Assembly (NCBI GenBank): GCA_017387165.1
Contig: JAFOFS010000250.1
Span: forward strand, 1-24,699
DNA: 24,699 bases
Direction of reading: 5' to 3'
Source of the DNA: Clostridia bacterium
GTDB taxonomy: Bacteria > Bacillota > Clostridia > Oscillospirales > Acutalibacteraceae
The translations under genes and the position numbers were made by a program. The notes beneath the pieces were generated by a model. The model did no database searches, was not told the origin of the DNA, and saw only the letters and a program-made list of their open reading frames with translations. This document shows, one piece after another, positions 15,704-23,675 of the stretch (its first letter is position 1; every line of letters starts with the position of its first letter).

Positions 15704-16288
15704 TTACATAAAGGAAATTGAGGACGAAAAGCCCAGCATCGCAAGCGCCATCAACCCAAACCACAGCAGGGTGACCGGCAGACCGCGAAAAGCGCGGGGC
15801 ATATCCGAATGATCCATCTGCTCGCGTGCCTCTGCCACCAGCAGGGACAGCAGGCAGAAGCCGACGCAGGCGCCGGCCGCCATACCGATCGCACCGAGCA
15901 GAGTGACCGCGATCTGGTGATTGGCGAGCAGGCAGACGCCCACAACGACGTTGTTGTACGCCGCCATCGGCAACCAAAGCTCCACCCGCTTGTACAGCGC
16001 AGGCAACGCTTTTTTGAGCAGCAGCACCGCCAGCAGATACAAGACGGTGACCGCCACGATAATCGCCAGCGGACGCAGATAGTGACCGCCTTTAAAGGTA
16101 AACAGCGGCAGCACGTAGAAGGTGCTGATGGTGGTCAGTACCGCAAACAGCAGCCTGGTACCCGAAAACCACAGCAATTCCTTCGGGCGTCGGGTGACGC
16201 GGAGAAGCAGCGAGGAACCGAAACCGGTGGATAACACGAGATTCGAGAACAGAGCCGCGGCTAAAAAGGTAAGAAGCAGTTCAAGCAT
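15704..16288 (-). CDS. RnfA/RsxA-like (Rnf-Nqr family) membrane protein, degenerate (194 aa)
   Basis: Six hydrophobic segments; NLVLSTGFG, WLPMAAYNNVVVG, EQMDHSDMPRAFRGLPVTLLWFGLMALAMLGF match the RnfA layout; ATG at 16288 with AAGGAGGTG RBS. Confidence 0.85.
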   Translation of the reverse strand: MLELLLTFLAAALFSNLVLSTGFGSSLLLRVTRRPKELLWFSGTRLLFAVLTTISTFYVLPLFTFKGGHYLRPLAIIVAVTVLYLLAVLLLKKALPALYKRVELWLPMAAYNNVVVGVCLLANHQIAVTLLGAIGMAAGACVGFCLLSLLVAEAREQMDHSDMPRAFRGLPVTLLWFGLMALAMLGFSSSISFM

Positions 16289-16961
16289 CCTCGCGCACCT
16301 CCTTATCCGGAACGAGCAGCTCGACCTCATCGAGATCGTCCGAACGGTGGCGACGGGACAGTCCCTGCAAGGCGGCGGCCATCAGACCGAGCAGAATGAA
16401 GGCGGCAAACGACTGCGCCGCTTCCGGCAGCGGCAGTGTGATGCCGACGGGGATATTCCAGATGGTGTTGCTCGCGACCAGCTCGCGCAGCGCGCTGACG
16501 ATCGCGATCACCAGTCCAAAGCCGAAGGCGGACGCGAGTGCGTCCATCATCGCGGCGGCAGGGCGGTTGCCGATCGAGAAGCCGCCGACGCGGTAGGTGA
16601 CGATGGTGTTGACCGCCATCAGCGGAATGAACAGATGCAGCTTGGCGTATAGCGCGGTGGAGATCCAGTGATCCAGCACCAGCGCCGTTCCGGCGAGCAG
16701 CACGGACGCCACGAGGGTATACAGCGCCGGTTGCAGCCAGTTGGCGAGCTTGCGACCGATCAGCGACATCAGCAGGCTGAGCGGCAGCAGCGTAATGAGG
16801 GTGCACAGCGCCAGTGCGACGCCGCTCTTGAGGTCGGCACCTGCCATAATGATGGGGCAGACGCCGATGGCCTGCACCAACACCAAATTGTTGCGCAGGG
16901 CGGTGTCAAAGAAGATGGAAGTCAGCTTCCATCCGCTGTGCGAAGCGGTAGGCTTATGCAT
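16281..16961 (-). CDS. RnfE/RsxE-like (Rnf-Nqr family) membrane protein, degenerate (226 aa)
   Basis: NNLVLVQAIGVCP, LHLFIPLMAVNTIV, GFGLVIAIVSALRELV, AAFILLGL match RnfE; GAGGTG RBS; overlaps neighbours by 8 nt. Confidence 0.88.
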   Translation of the reverse strand: MHKPTASHSGWKLTSIFFDTALRNNLVLVQAIGVCPIIMAGADLKSGVALALCTLITLLPLSLLMSLIGRKLANWLQPALYTLVASVLLAGTALVLDHWISTALYAKLHLFIPLMAVNTIVTYRVGGFSIGNRPAAAMMDALASAFGFGLVIAIVSALRELVASNTIWNIPVGITLPLPEAAQSFAAFILLGLMAAALQGLSRRHRSDDLDEVELLVPDKEVREDA

Positions 16962-17928
16962 GACGGCGCCACCTCACTTCCACAAAACGGTGCAGCTGCC
17001 AGGTCCAACGATCGATGATGGACGACAGCGGTCCCATCATCAGCACGGCAAAGCAGCCGCCGTCGGCGTACCGGCCGAAATGACGAAGCGCCATCACCGC
17101 CAGACCGAGCAGCGCGCCGAAGACGATACGGCCGCTGCGGTGGTGGGGGGTGGTGGTCGGGTCATTCAGGAAAAACACGCCTGTGAAAAGCAACGTGCCC
17201 GAGCAAAGCTCCAGCATCACGTTGTGCCAGTAGGTACTTTCCGCACGGGGGAACAGCAAGGCCAGAATCGTGCAGGTGATCATATAACTGACAAAGCCGG
17301 CCAGCGAAACGGTGCGGCGGAAGCGCAAAAACAGCAGGCAGGCGATCAGAACGATGATCGCCGTGGAGCCGATCGCTCCCGGCGTGCTGCCGAACAGCAG
17401 ATCGGTGAAGGTCTCAAACGAGGTGCCGCCGCTTTTGAGGGTGGCAGCGACCGAGTTCTGATAGAACACGTCGGAGGTATCCCACACCAGACGCAGGTTT
17501 TGCGACGGGTTGGGGTAGGCCGCCATCGACCGTTCAAAGCAGACGGTGACCAGCGCAACGCCGGCGGCGGCAGGGTTAAACAAATTGCGTCCGCTTCCGC
17601 CAAACGGCATCTTGGCGATCAGAATGGCAAAGGCGGAGGCCACGATCGGCACGTAGATCGGCACGATGGGGGACATCAGGAGTCCGATCAGACCGCCGGT
17701 CACAAAGGCGGTGCCGTCACCGAGGGTGATCCGCTTGCCGAAGAGCAGGCAGGCGAGTACTTCGCTGGCTACTGCCGCGGCGATGGCGATCAGCACCACG
17801 AAAACGGGACGGGGACCGTACTGCACCGCCGAGAAGACGGTCAAGGCCGCCACGGCGATCAGCACGTCAAAGGAATAGCTGATGACGCTTCGGCCTGCCC
17901 GAAGCGACGGGGTGATTATGGATTCCAC
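16954..17928 (-). CDS. RnfD/RsxD-like membrane protein, degenerate (324 aa, GTG start)
   Basis: DGTAFVTGGLIGL, AKMPFGGSGRNLFNPAAAG, PGAIGST, GVFFLNDPTTTP match RnfD/NqrB. GTG at 17928 with GGGGG RBS chosen over the ORF-track start at 18030, which lies deep inside rnfC. Confidence 0.88.
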   Translation of the reverse strand: MESIITPSLRAGRSVISYSFDVLIAVAALTVFSAVQYGPRPVFVVLIAIAAAVASEVLACLLFGKRITLGDGTAFVTGGLIGLLMSPIVPIYVPIVASAFAILIAKMPFGGSGRNLFNPAAAGVALVTVCFERSMAAYPNPSQNLRLVWDTSDVFYQNSVAATLKSGGTSFETFTDLLFGSTPGAIGSTAIIVLIACLLFLRFRRTVSLAGFVSYMITCTILALLFPRAESTYWHNVMLELCSGTLLFTGVFFLNDPTTTPHHRSGRIVFGALLGLAVMALRHFGRYADGGCFAVLMMGPLSSIIDRWTWQLHRFVEVRWRRHA

Positions 17929-19193
17929 GATTCGTCCCCCCAATTCACAAAAATGGTGCCCTCTGCCGATTCGCCCGCTTGCAGAACGGTTTGGGCAATG
18001 GGACGGTGAGCGGGACACACGGCGGAGCAAACGCCGCAGCCGTCACAGTCTTCGGGCTCTAAAGCAGTCAATCGTTCGTATTGCATATTTTCGTATCGCT
18101 TGGCGATCTCATACGGCAGCAGACCCTTGTGGCAGACGGCGGCGCATTGTCCGCAGCCGATGCAGCTGCGTACCCGATACGGAATGGGATCGCGCAGCGC
18201 CACCAGACAGGTCATACCCGGCAGGATGGGCAGCGAACGGTCGGTAATCTCCACGCCGGTCAGCGCATCACCGATGAGCAGCAGGCTGACGTTTTTGCCG
18301 ATGCCGCACGCTTGCAACGCATCCTCGATCGGGGTGCCGAACGGCACCTGCAGATTGTAGGAGGTTTCCAGCGCATCGCCGGCGACGGTGAGAAAACCGT
18401 CGATATGCGGAGCGCCGAATGCAACCGCGCGGTACAGCGCCAAGCACGCCTGTGTGCCGACAAAGCCGCATTTTCCCTCGTATTCGGAGGGCTCCTTGTT
18501 GAAAACGGGGTAACGACGACGTTTGATCTCGCGAATGTCGTTGGGGTCAAACTGCGCCGCCATTTTGCGAACGCGGGATTCGGCGGTGTGCAGCAGCAGA
18601 CGGGTCATCGGAATACCGGCGGCTTTAGCCGCCAGGCGCAGACCGATCAGCACCTGCCGTCCGTAGGCTTTCAGCACGGCGTAGGCGCACGACTGATACG
18701 GTTCCGCCTCGATGGCGTCCAGCAGCAGGCAGGGCGGCGTGTCGAAATCCGCCCAGGAGCGGAGCTTGGTATGCAGCTGCACGCCGTCCAGCTCATCGAC
18801 GATGCCTGCCTGATGACAGGCGGCGATGATCTGCTCGGCGGTGAGATCGTCCGGCATCTGCGGCAACGGCTCCTCCACCGGTTCTTCGGTGAGGATGCGG
18901 TCAACCGCCGAACAGGTCAGTTCTCCGTAGATCGGATGTTGAATGTGGGTCATACCGGCAACCACACCGGTCACCGAGCTGTACAGCGCCGCATCGTCTT
19001 GATCGGTCGGTTTGCCAAGCATACCGCCGCGTTCCACCGTGTCGTAATCCGCCACGACGGGGGTGAGGCGACGCACGTTGCCGTAGGTCAACGGCAGATA
19101 GACGCGCGAAACGTCGGTCAACACTTTAATGGGTCGATTGGGTGCCGAGCCTTTTTCCAAGGTCATCGGAATTCCGCGTTTGAAATCCTTCAT
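17916..19193 (-). CDS. RnfC/RsxC-like protein, degenerate, with two 4Fe-4S motifs (425 aa)
   Basis: N-terminal barrel-sandwich (VYLPL...YSSVTGVV), AGIV..., EAEPY, SLBB-like (TVAGDA...NLQVPFGTP), CIGCGQCAAVC and CDGCGVCSAVCP; AAAGGATGTG RBS. Confidence 0.88.
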   Translation of the reverse strand: MKDFKRGIPMTLEKGSAPNRPIKVLTDVSRVYLPLTYGNVRRLTPVVADYDTVERGGMLGKPTDQDDAALYSSVTGVVAGMTHIQHPIYGELTCSAVDRILTEEPVEEPLPQMPDDLTAEQIIAACHQAGIVDELDGVQLHTKLRSWADFDTPPCLLLDAIEAEPYQSCAYAVLKAYGRQVLIGLRLAAKAAGIPMTRLLLHTAESRVRKMAAQFDPNDIREIKRRRYPVFNKEPSEYEGKCGFVGTQACLALYRAVAFGAPHIDGFLTVAGDALETSYNLQVPFGTPIEDALQACGIGKNVSLLLIGDALTGVEITDRSLPILPGMTCLVALRDPIPYRVRSCIGCGQCAAVCHKGLLPYEIAKRYENMQYERLTALEPEDCDGCGVCSAVCPAHRPIAQTVLQAGESAEGTIFVNWGDESWNP

Positions 19194-19266
19194 CGGTGGT
19201 CACATCCTTTCGTGGGCATGCGGATTGTCCGTTGCATATCGTGAAAATAAAAGGGGGGATGCGCGG

Positions 19267-19596
19267 ATGGCAAAGCATACGGCGGGAAAGCTCCGGGTCG
19301 TTCGGGAACTTCGTCCGCTGGTGTATACCTTCGCAGACGGCGATGCGCTGCTGCAGCTGCTGGCGGCGTGCCGCAGCCGCGGTTGGGCGCTGCCGGCTGA
19401 CGAGTTGTGGTGGCGAGGAGATCGCTACAGCGCGGTGCTGACCGACCGCACGCCGTCGGCGGCAGGGTGGGCGCTGCTGGAGGAAACCGCCGTTTTAAGC
19501 GGTTGGGGAAACGCGGCGGCCGAAGCGGTCCGCTGCGGTATTTGTCTTACAGACGGTGGAACTGTTCTACCAGAGCGACCGGATCCGCCGCTTTAA
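19267..19596 (+). CDS. Small protein resembling the C-terminal domain of the ClpC adaptor MecA (109 aa)
   Basis: AAGGGGGG RBS 8 nt before ATG 19267; GC3-rich codon usage; LVYTFADGDALLQL...ELWWRGDRYSAVL...LLEETA...RCGICL resembles the MecA CTD pattern (by eye only). Confidence 0.55.
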   Translation: MAKHTAGKLRVVRELRPLVYTFADGDALLQLLAACRSRGWALPADELWWRGDRYSAVLTDRTPSAAGWALLEETAVLSGWGNAAAEAVRCGICLTDGGTVLPERPDPPL

Positions 19597-20191
19597 ACAG
19601 AGCACTGCCTGCCACGACGATATCCACGCCTGCCTCTGCGCAGAGCGGAGCGGTATCCGCCGCCACGCCGCCGTCCACCTGCACGGGAACGTTCAGGCCG
19701 CGACGCGCGCATTCCGCCTTGATGGCGGCCACCTTGGGCAGCATATCCGCCATAAACGCCTGTCCGCCAAAGCCGGGCTCCACCGTCATCACCAGCACCA
19801 GCGACAGCTTGTCGAGGTAGGGGAACACCGCCTCTGCAGGGGTGCGAGGCTTGACGGTCAGCGCCGCCTTTTTCCCCAGCGCCAGAATGGCGTCGATGGT
19901 GGCGGCAATATCGGCGTCGCTTTCGACGTGGAAATTGATGATGTCGGCGCCGGCGTCGGCAAACGCCCGGATCAGACGATCGGGATGCTGCATCATCAGA
20001 TGGACGTCAAAGGTCAGATCGGTCAGCGGTCGCAAGGTTGCGATGACGGGCGGACCGAAGCTCAAATTGGGCACGAATACACCGTCCATCACGTCCAGAT
20101 GGATCATATCGGCGCCGCTTTGCTCCACAAAACGGACAACCTCGGCAAGGTGGGTGTAATCGCAATTGAGGATGGAGGGGGAAACCTGCAT
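19547..20191 (-). CDS. rpe: Ribulose-phosphate 3-epimerase
   Basis: SPSILN, IHLDVMDGVFVPNLSFG, FDVHLM, VMTVEPGFGGQ, VQVDGGV, VAGSA motifs. Confidence 0.98.
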   Translation of the reverse strand: MQVSPSILNCDYTHLAEVVRFVEQSGADMIHLDVMDGVFVPNLSFGPPVIATLRPLTDLTFDVHLMMQHPDRLIRAFADAGADIINFHVESDADIAATIDAILALGKKAALTVKPRTPAEAVFPYLDKLSLVLVMTVEPGFGGQAFMADMLPKVAAIKAECARRGLNVPVQVDGGVAADTAPLCAEAGVDIVVAGSALFKAADPVALVEQFHRL

Positions 20192-20208
20192 ACCGATCGT
20201 CCTTTCTT

Positions 20209-21798
20209 TTATATAATACTATTTAATATACCGTTCAAATCGTCGTAACGCGGCTCAAGCAGGTGTTCACCGAAGCGGTCGAGATACCGCGTCTGCATCG
20301 CGGCAGCGGTGGCGCCGGCAATATCCGCGCGGGGGTTATCCCCGACGTACACGCAATCCTCGGTCGGCAGACCCATTCGCCACGCGACGCGTCGGAACAG
20401 TTCGGGATTCGGCTTCTGGACCCCCTCGTCACCTGCCACCACGACCGCGTCCACCTCGCCGGCGAGGGCGGCGTGGTACAGCTTGCGATTTTGCAGGAAG
20501 GAATGTCCGTTGGTGAGGATGCCGACCTTCAGCCCTGCCGCTCGCAATCTACGCAGGGTGGGGACGGTGTCCGCAAAAACCTGCACGCAGGGGGCAAAAA
20601 GGCGATGGCAGAGACGGATCAATTCCTCGGTATCGTGGGACAAGCCCCAGCGCTGCTTGATATCCTCAAACAGCACCCGATAGGGGATGTCGATGTTATC
20701 CCGCGGCCAAAAGCCGCGTCCGCAGCCGCCGGCTTCCCACAGCGCGTGCGCTTTGGCGTCACGCTCCTCCTGCGGAGCGTCGGGGAACAGGCGGTTGACA
20801 AACAAAACGGAAAACTGCCGCCACGCTTCCACGCGGCTGTGCAGGGTGTCGTCAAAATCAAACCAGACCGCACGGATGGTTCCCTGCGGACGGTACATCT
20901 CCCGTACGGCGGCGACGTCGGCGGCCACCTGCGCAAACAGCGCGTCGGTATCCGCAAACTGCCGCTCCTCGCGGAGCAAGCGCACGGGGTACACGGTGAT
21001 CTCCTTGCCGTACGCTTCTTCCGCAAAATCCAGCAGATGCGTTTCGGCAAGCGGTGTGTCAGCGCCGACCGTCGGCTTGATGCCGATGTTGGTGACGCCG
21101 ACGTAGGATTTTCCGTCCACCACCGCAACCGAGGCGTACACGCCGAATTTCGGCAACGCCGCATCGGGCGGAAGCGGTTGGTTGAGGGTGGGAAAGCCTG
21201 CCGTCCGACCGAGGCGATTGCCGGCGGTGACGGGGGCGGTGATGCCGTAGCTGTGACCGAGCAGACGGGAAGCCTCCTGCATCTCGCCCTCCGCCAGCAA
21301 GCGGCGGATGCGGGCGGAGCTGATCGGCTGGTCGCCGTCCAACACGGTCGGTACCGCCAGCACCTCAATGCCGAGCGGTCGGCAAAGCGCGGTGAGCAGG
21401 GTCACGTCCCCTGCCGCCTCCGCGCCGAAGCGGAAATTTTCGCCGCAGGCGACCCGTTTGGCGCGCAGCGCACCGTGCAGCACGTCCCGTACGAATTGCG
21501 CAGGGGAAAGACTTCGAACGGCGGAGAATTCCATTTCGACCGTCTGCTCGATGCCGAGACGGGACAACCACAACTGTTTCTGGCGGTCGGGTTCAATCGG
21601 CAGAGCGGATTTCGGCAGCGTATGCGGCGAATCGGAAAACGTGAGCACCGTCGGGGTGAGTCCCTCCACTGCCACCACCTGACCGATCACCTCGCGGTGA
21701 GCCAGATGAACGCCGTCAAACACGCCGATCGCCACCGCGCGATCCACCGGCGGCAAGGCCGCCGCTTCGGACGGGAAACGATACGCGTTCAACAGCAT
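20209..21798 (-). CDS. ribF: Bifunctional riboflavin kinase/FAD synthetase RibF fused to a C-terminal HAD-superfamily hydrolase (529 aa)
   Basis: GVFDGVHLAH, GENFRFG, ISSARIR, GRTAGFPTLN, GIKPTV, ETHLLDF, then in frame DFDDTL, LTNG, KPNP, GDNPRAD (HAD motifs I-IV); follows truB. TTG at 21792 is an alternative start with better RBS spacing. Confidence 0.93.
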   Translation of the reverse strand: MLLNAYRFPSEAAALPPVDRAVAIGVFDGVHLAHREVIGQVVAVEGLTPTVLTFSDSPHTLPKSALPIEPDRQKQLWLSRLGIEQTVEMEFSAVRSLSPAQFVRDVLHGALRAKRVACGENFRFGAEAAGDVTLLTALCRPLGIEVLAVPTVLDGDQPISSARIRRLLAEGEMQEASRLLGHSYGITAPVTAGNRLGRTAGFPTLNQPLPPDAALPKFGVYASVAVVDGKSYVGVTNIGIKPTVGADTPLAETHLLDFAEEAYGKEITVYPVRLLREERQFADTDALFAQVAADVAAVREMYRPQGTIRAVWFDFDDTLHSRVEAWRQFSVLFVNRLFPDAPQEERDAKAHALWEAGGCGRGFWPRDNIDIPYRVLFEDIKQRWGLSHDTEELIRLCHRLFAPCVQVFADTVPTLRRLRAAGLKVGILTNGHSFLQNRKLYHAALAGEVDAVVVAGDEGVQKPNPELFRRVAWRMGLPTEDCVYVGDNPRADIAGATAAAMQTRYLDRFGEHLLEPRYDDLNGILNSII

Positions 21799-21813
21799 TC
21801 ACCTCATTTCGTG

Positions 21814-22695
21814 TTAGATCGGGAACAATTTTCGTACGGTCAGTTCGCCGTCCTGCGGCGTTCCCAAACCGAGGAAGGTGCCGTCCGGCGCACAGACGCG
21901 CACCGTGCCGTCCACCGCCGTCTTGAGGCGGTCGAGCGCCAATCCGCCGCCGTTTTGAAAACGGGTGGCCTGCGCGGGGGACACGGTAATCGACGGGTAC
22001 ACCGTAAACAGCGTTTCGGTCGGCAACAGCAAGCCCAGCCGCTGTTCTTCGCTCATGGCGCGAAGCTGCTCCAGCGTGTGACACGCAGACAGCGCATATC
22101 CGGCCGCTTCGGTACGGCAAAGCGCGGTCATCACCGCGCCGCAGCCGAGCGCCCGACCGAGGTCGGCACCGATGGTGCGGACGTAGGTACCTTTGGAGCA
22201 GGCGCAGTCCACCGTCAGCTCGCCGCTTTGCTCGTTATACGAAACGATCTCCAGGCGATAGACGGTGATTTCCCGCGCTTCGCGCTCGATCTCGATGCCC
22301 TGACGGGCCAGCTCGTACAGACGGACGCCGTCCTTTTGTACCGCCGACATCATCGGCGGCACCTGACGGATCACGCCGCGAAACGCCGCCAACGCCTGTT
22401 CTACGGCGTCGCGTGTGGGAAGCGGTCGTTCGGTGGGGGTTACCTCCCCCCAGATATCCTCCGTATCGCTGACCAAGCCGAAGCGGAAGGTGGCGGTGTA
22501 CCGCTTGTCCTGCACCGGAAGCAGGTCAAGCGCACGGGTCGCATTGCCGCACAGGATGGGCAAAACGCCGACCGCCATCGGATCGAGCGTTCCTGCGTGT
22601 CCCGCCTTTTTGACTCCCAACAGCTTTCGGGTAACGTTACAGGCGAGAAAGCTGGTCATTTCGGGAGATTTGTTGAGCAGAAAAATGCCGTTCAT
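21814..22695 (-). CDS. truB: tRNA pseudouridine(55) synthase TruB (293 aa)
   Basis: KAGHAGTLDPMAVGVLP, KRY, QVPPMMSAV...GVRLYELARQG, CSKGTYVRT; start MNGIFLLNK at 22695 with GGAG RBS. Confidence 0.97.
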   Translation of the reverse strand: MNGIFLLNKSPEMTSFLACNVTRKLLGVKKAGHAGTLDPMAVGVLPILCGNATRALDLLPVQDKRYTATFRFGLVSDTEDIWGEVTPTERPLPTRDAVEQALAAFRGVIRQVPPMMSAVQKDGVRLYELARQGIEIEREAREITVYRLEIVSYNEQSGELTVDCACSKGTYVRTIGADLGRALGCGAVMTALCRTEAAGYALSACHTLEQLRAMSEEQRLGLLLPTETLFTVYPSITVSPAQATRFQNGGGLALDRLKTAVDGTVRVCAPDGTFLGLGTPQDGELTVRKLFPI

Positions 22696-22700
22696 ATCGT

Positions 22701-23675
22701 TTACTCCGTAATGCTCGGCACCGCTGCGGCAACGGCATCCACCAGCAGGCGAAGCGTTTCCTCCAGCGGTTTGTTGATGTGGCAACCGGCCGCTGCGGCG
22801 TGACCGCCGCCGCCGAGACGCGCCGCAATATCCGATGCGTCGGCGTGGTTGCCGGTGCGGAAGCTGACCTTAAAGCCGCCGTCCGCCGTTTCACGCAGCA
22901 TAATGCCAACCCACACGCCCTCTACCTGACGGGGAATGGGGGCAAGTCCTTCCATATCGTTTTCCACGACGCCGGCGCGGCGGATCATCTCCGCGGTGAT
23001 CGGCATAATGGCCAGACGATCGTGAAAATGGAACTGCATCGCCGCCAGCGCCAACCGTTCCAGCTCCAGACGGGCGCGGGATTTGATGTCAAACATCTCG
23101 CGGTTGATGCGGTCGGCGCACACGCCAAGCTCCATCAGCTCCGCCGCCAGGCGATGTGTCTCGGCGGTGGTGTTGCTGTACTTAAAGCAACCGGTGTCGG
23201 TGGAAATGGCGGTGTACAATGCCTCCGCAATGACGGGGTCAAGCGACACGCCCATGGCGGCGATCACCTTGCTGACCGGCATCGCCGCCGCGCTGCAATC
23301 CTGCAGCAGCAGACGGGAGGCGTAACGGGTGTTGGAATGGTGGTGATCGATGCAGAGATCGATCCGTTTGCCGTAGACGGCGTTAAATTCCGCGCCGAGC
23401 AGCTTGCTGTCCGCAACGTCCACCGCCACGATGTGCGCTTCGCTCACCTCGTCGGCTTGCGCCGCGGAGGTGAGGTAGGCGTACTTTTCGGGGATGGGAT
23501 CGGCGCAGATCACCCGCGCCTTTCGTCCGGTACGCTGCAACGCGCGGCACAGCGCATAGGCGCTGCCCAACGTGTCGCCGTCGGGGTACTGATGGGTCAG
23601 AATGAGCCAGTCACGCTCGGACAACAAGGTCGCGGCGGCGAATGAAACGCTGATATCCTTACAGAGTTCACTCAT
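22701..23675 (-). CDS. nrnA: DHH/DHHA1 phosphoesterase (NrnA nanoRNase/pAp phosphatase, stand-alone c-di-AMP PDE family)
   Basis: THQYPDGDTLGS, VDVA, IDHH, TDTGCF, GGGGHAAAAG; usual rbfA-DHH-truB synteny. Confidence 0.92.
   Translation of the reverse strand: MSELCKDISVSFAAATLLSERDWLILTHQYPDGDTLGSAYALCRALQRTGRKARVICADPIPEKYAYLTSAAQADEVSEAHIVAVDVADSKLLGAEFNAVYGKRIDLCIDHHHSNTRYASRLLLQDCSAAAMPVSKVIAAMGVSLDPVIAEALYTAISTDTGCFKYSNTTAETHRLAAELMELGVCADRINREMFDIKSRARLELERLALAAMQFHFHDRLAIMPITAEMIRRAGVVENDMEGLAPIPRQVEGVWVGIMLRETADGGFKVSFRTGNHADASDIAARLGGGGHAAAAGCHINKPLEETLRLLVDAVAAAVPSITE

Noticed and set aside
12237-18030. ORF-track upstream extensions of the PBP (12296), rnfA-like (16330) and rnfD-like (18030) genes; also truB (22785)
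   Set aside because: The extensions overlap upstream genes or regulatory DNA and lack RBSs; shorter starts have good Shine-Dalgarno sequences and match family N-termini.
15704-19193. Calling this a canonical Rnf electron-transport complex
   Set aside because: rnfG and rnfB are absent here and cofactor motifs are altered, so gene symbols were withheld.
20263-22803. 846-aa plus-strand ORF opposite ribF-HAD and truB
   Set aside because: Antisense shadow spanning two well-supported minus-strand genes; no domain signal. The other long plus-strand and off-frame ORFs were rejected for the same reason.
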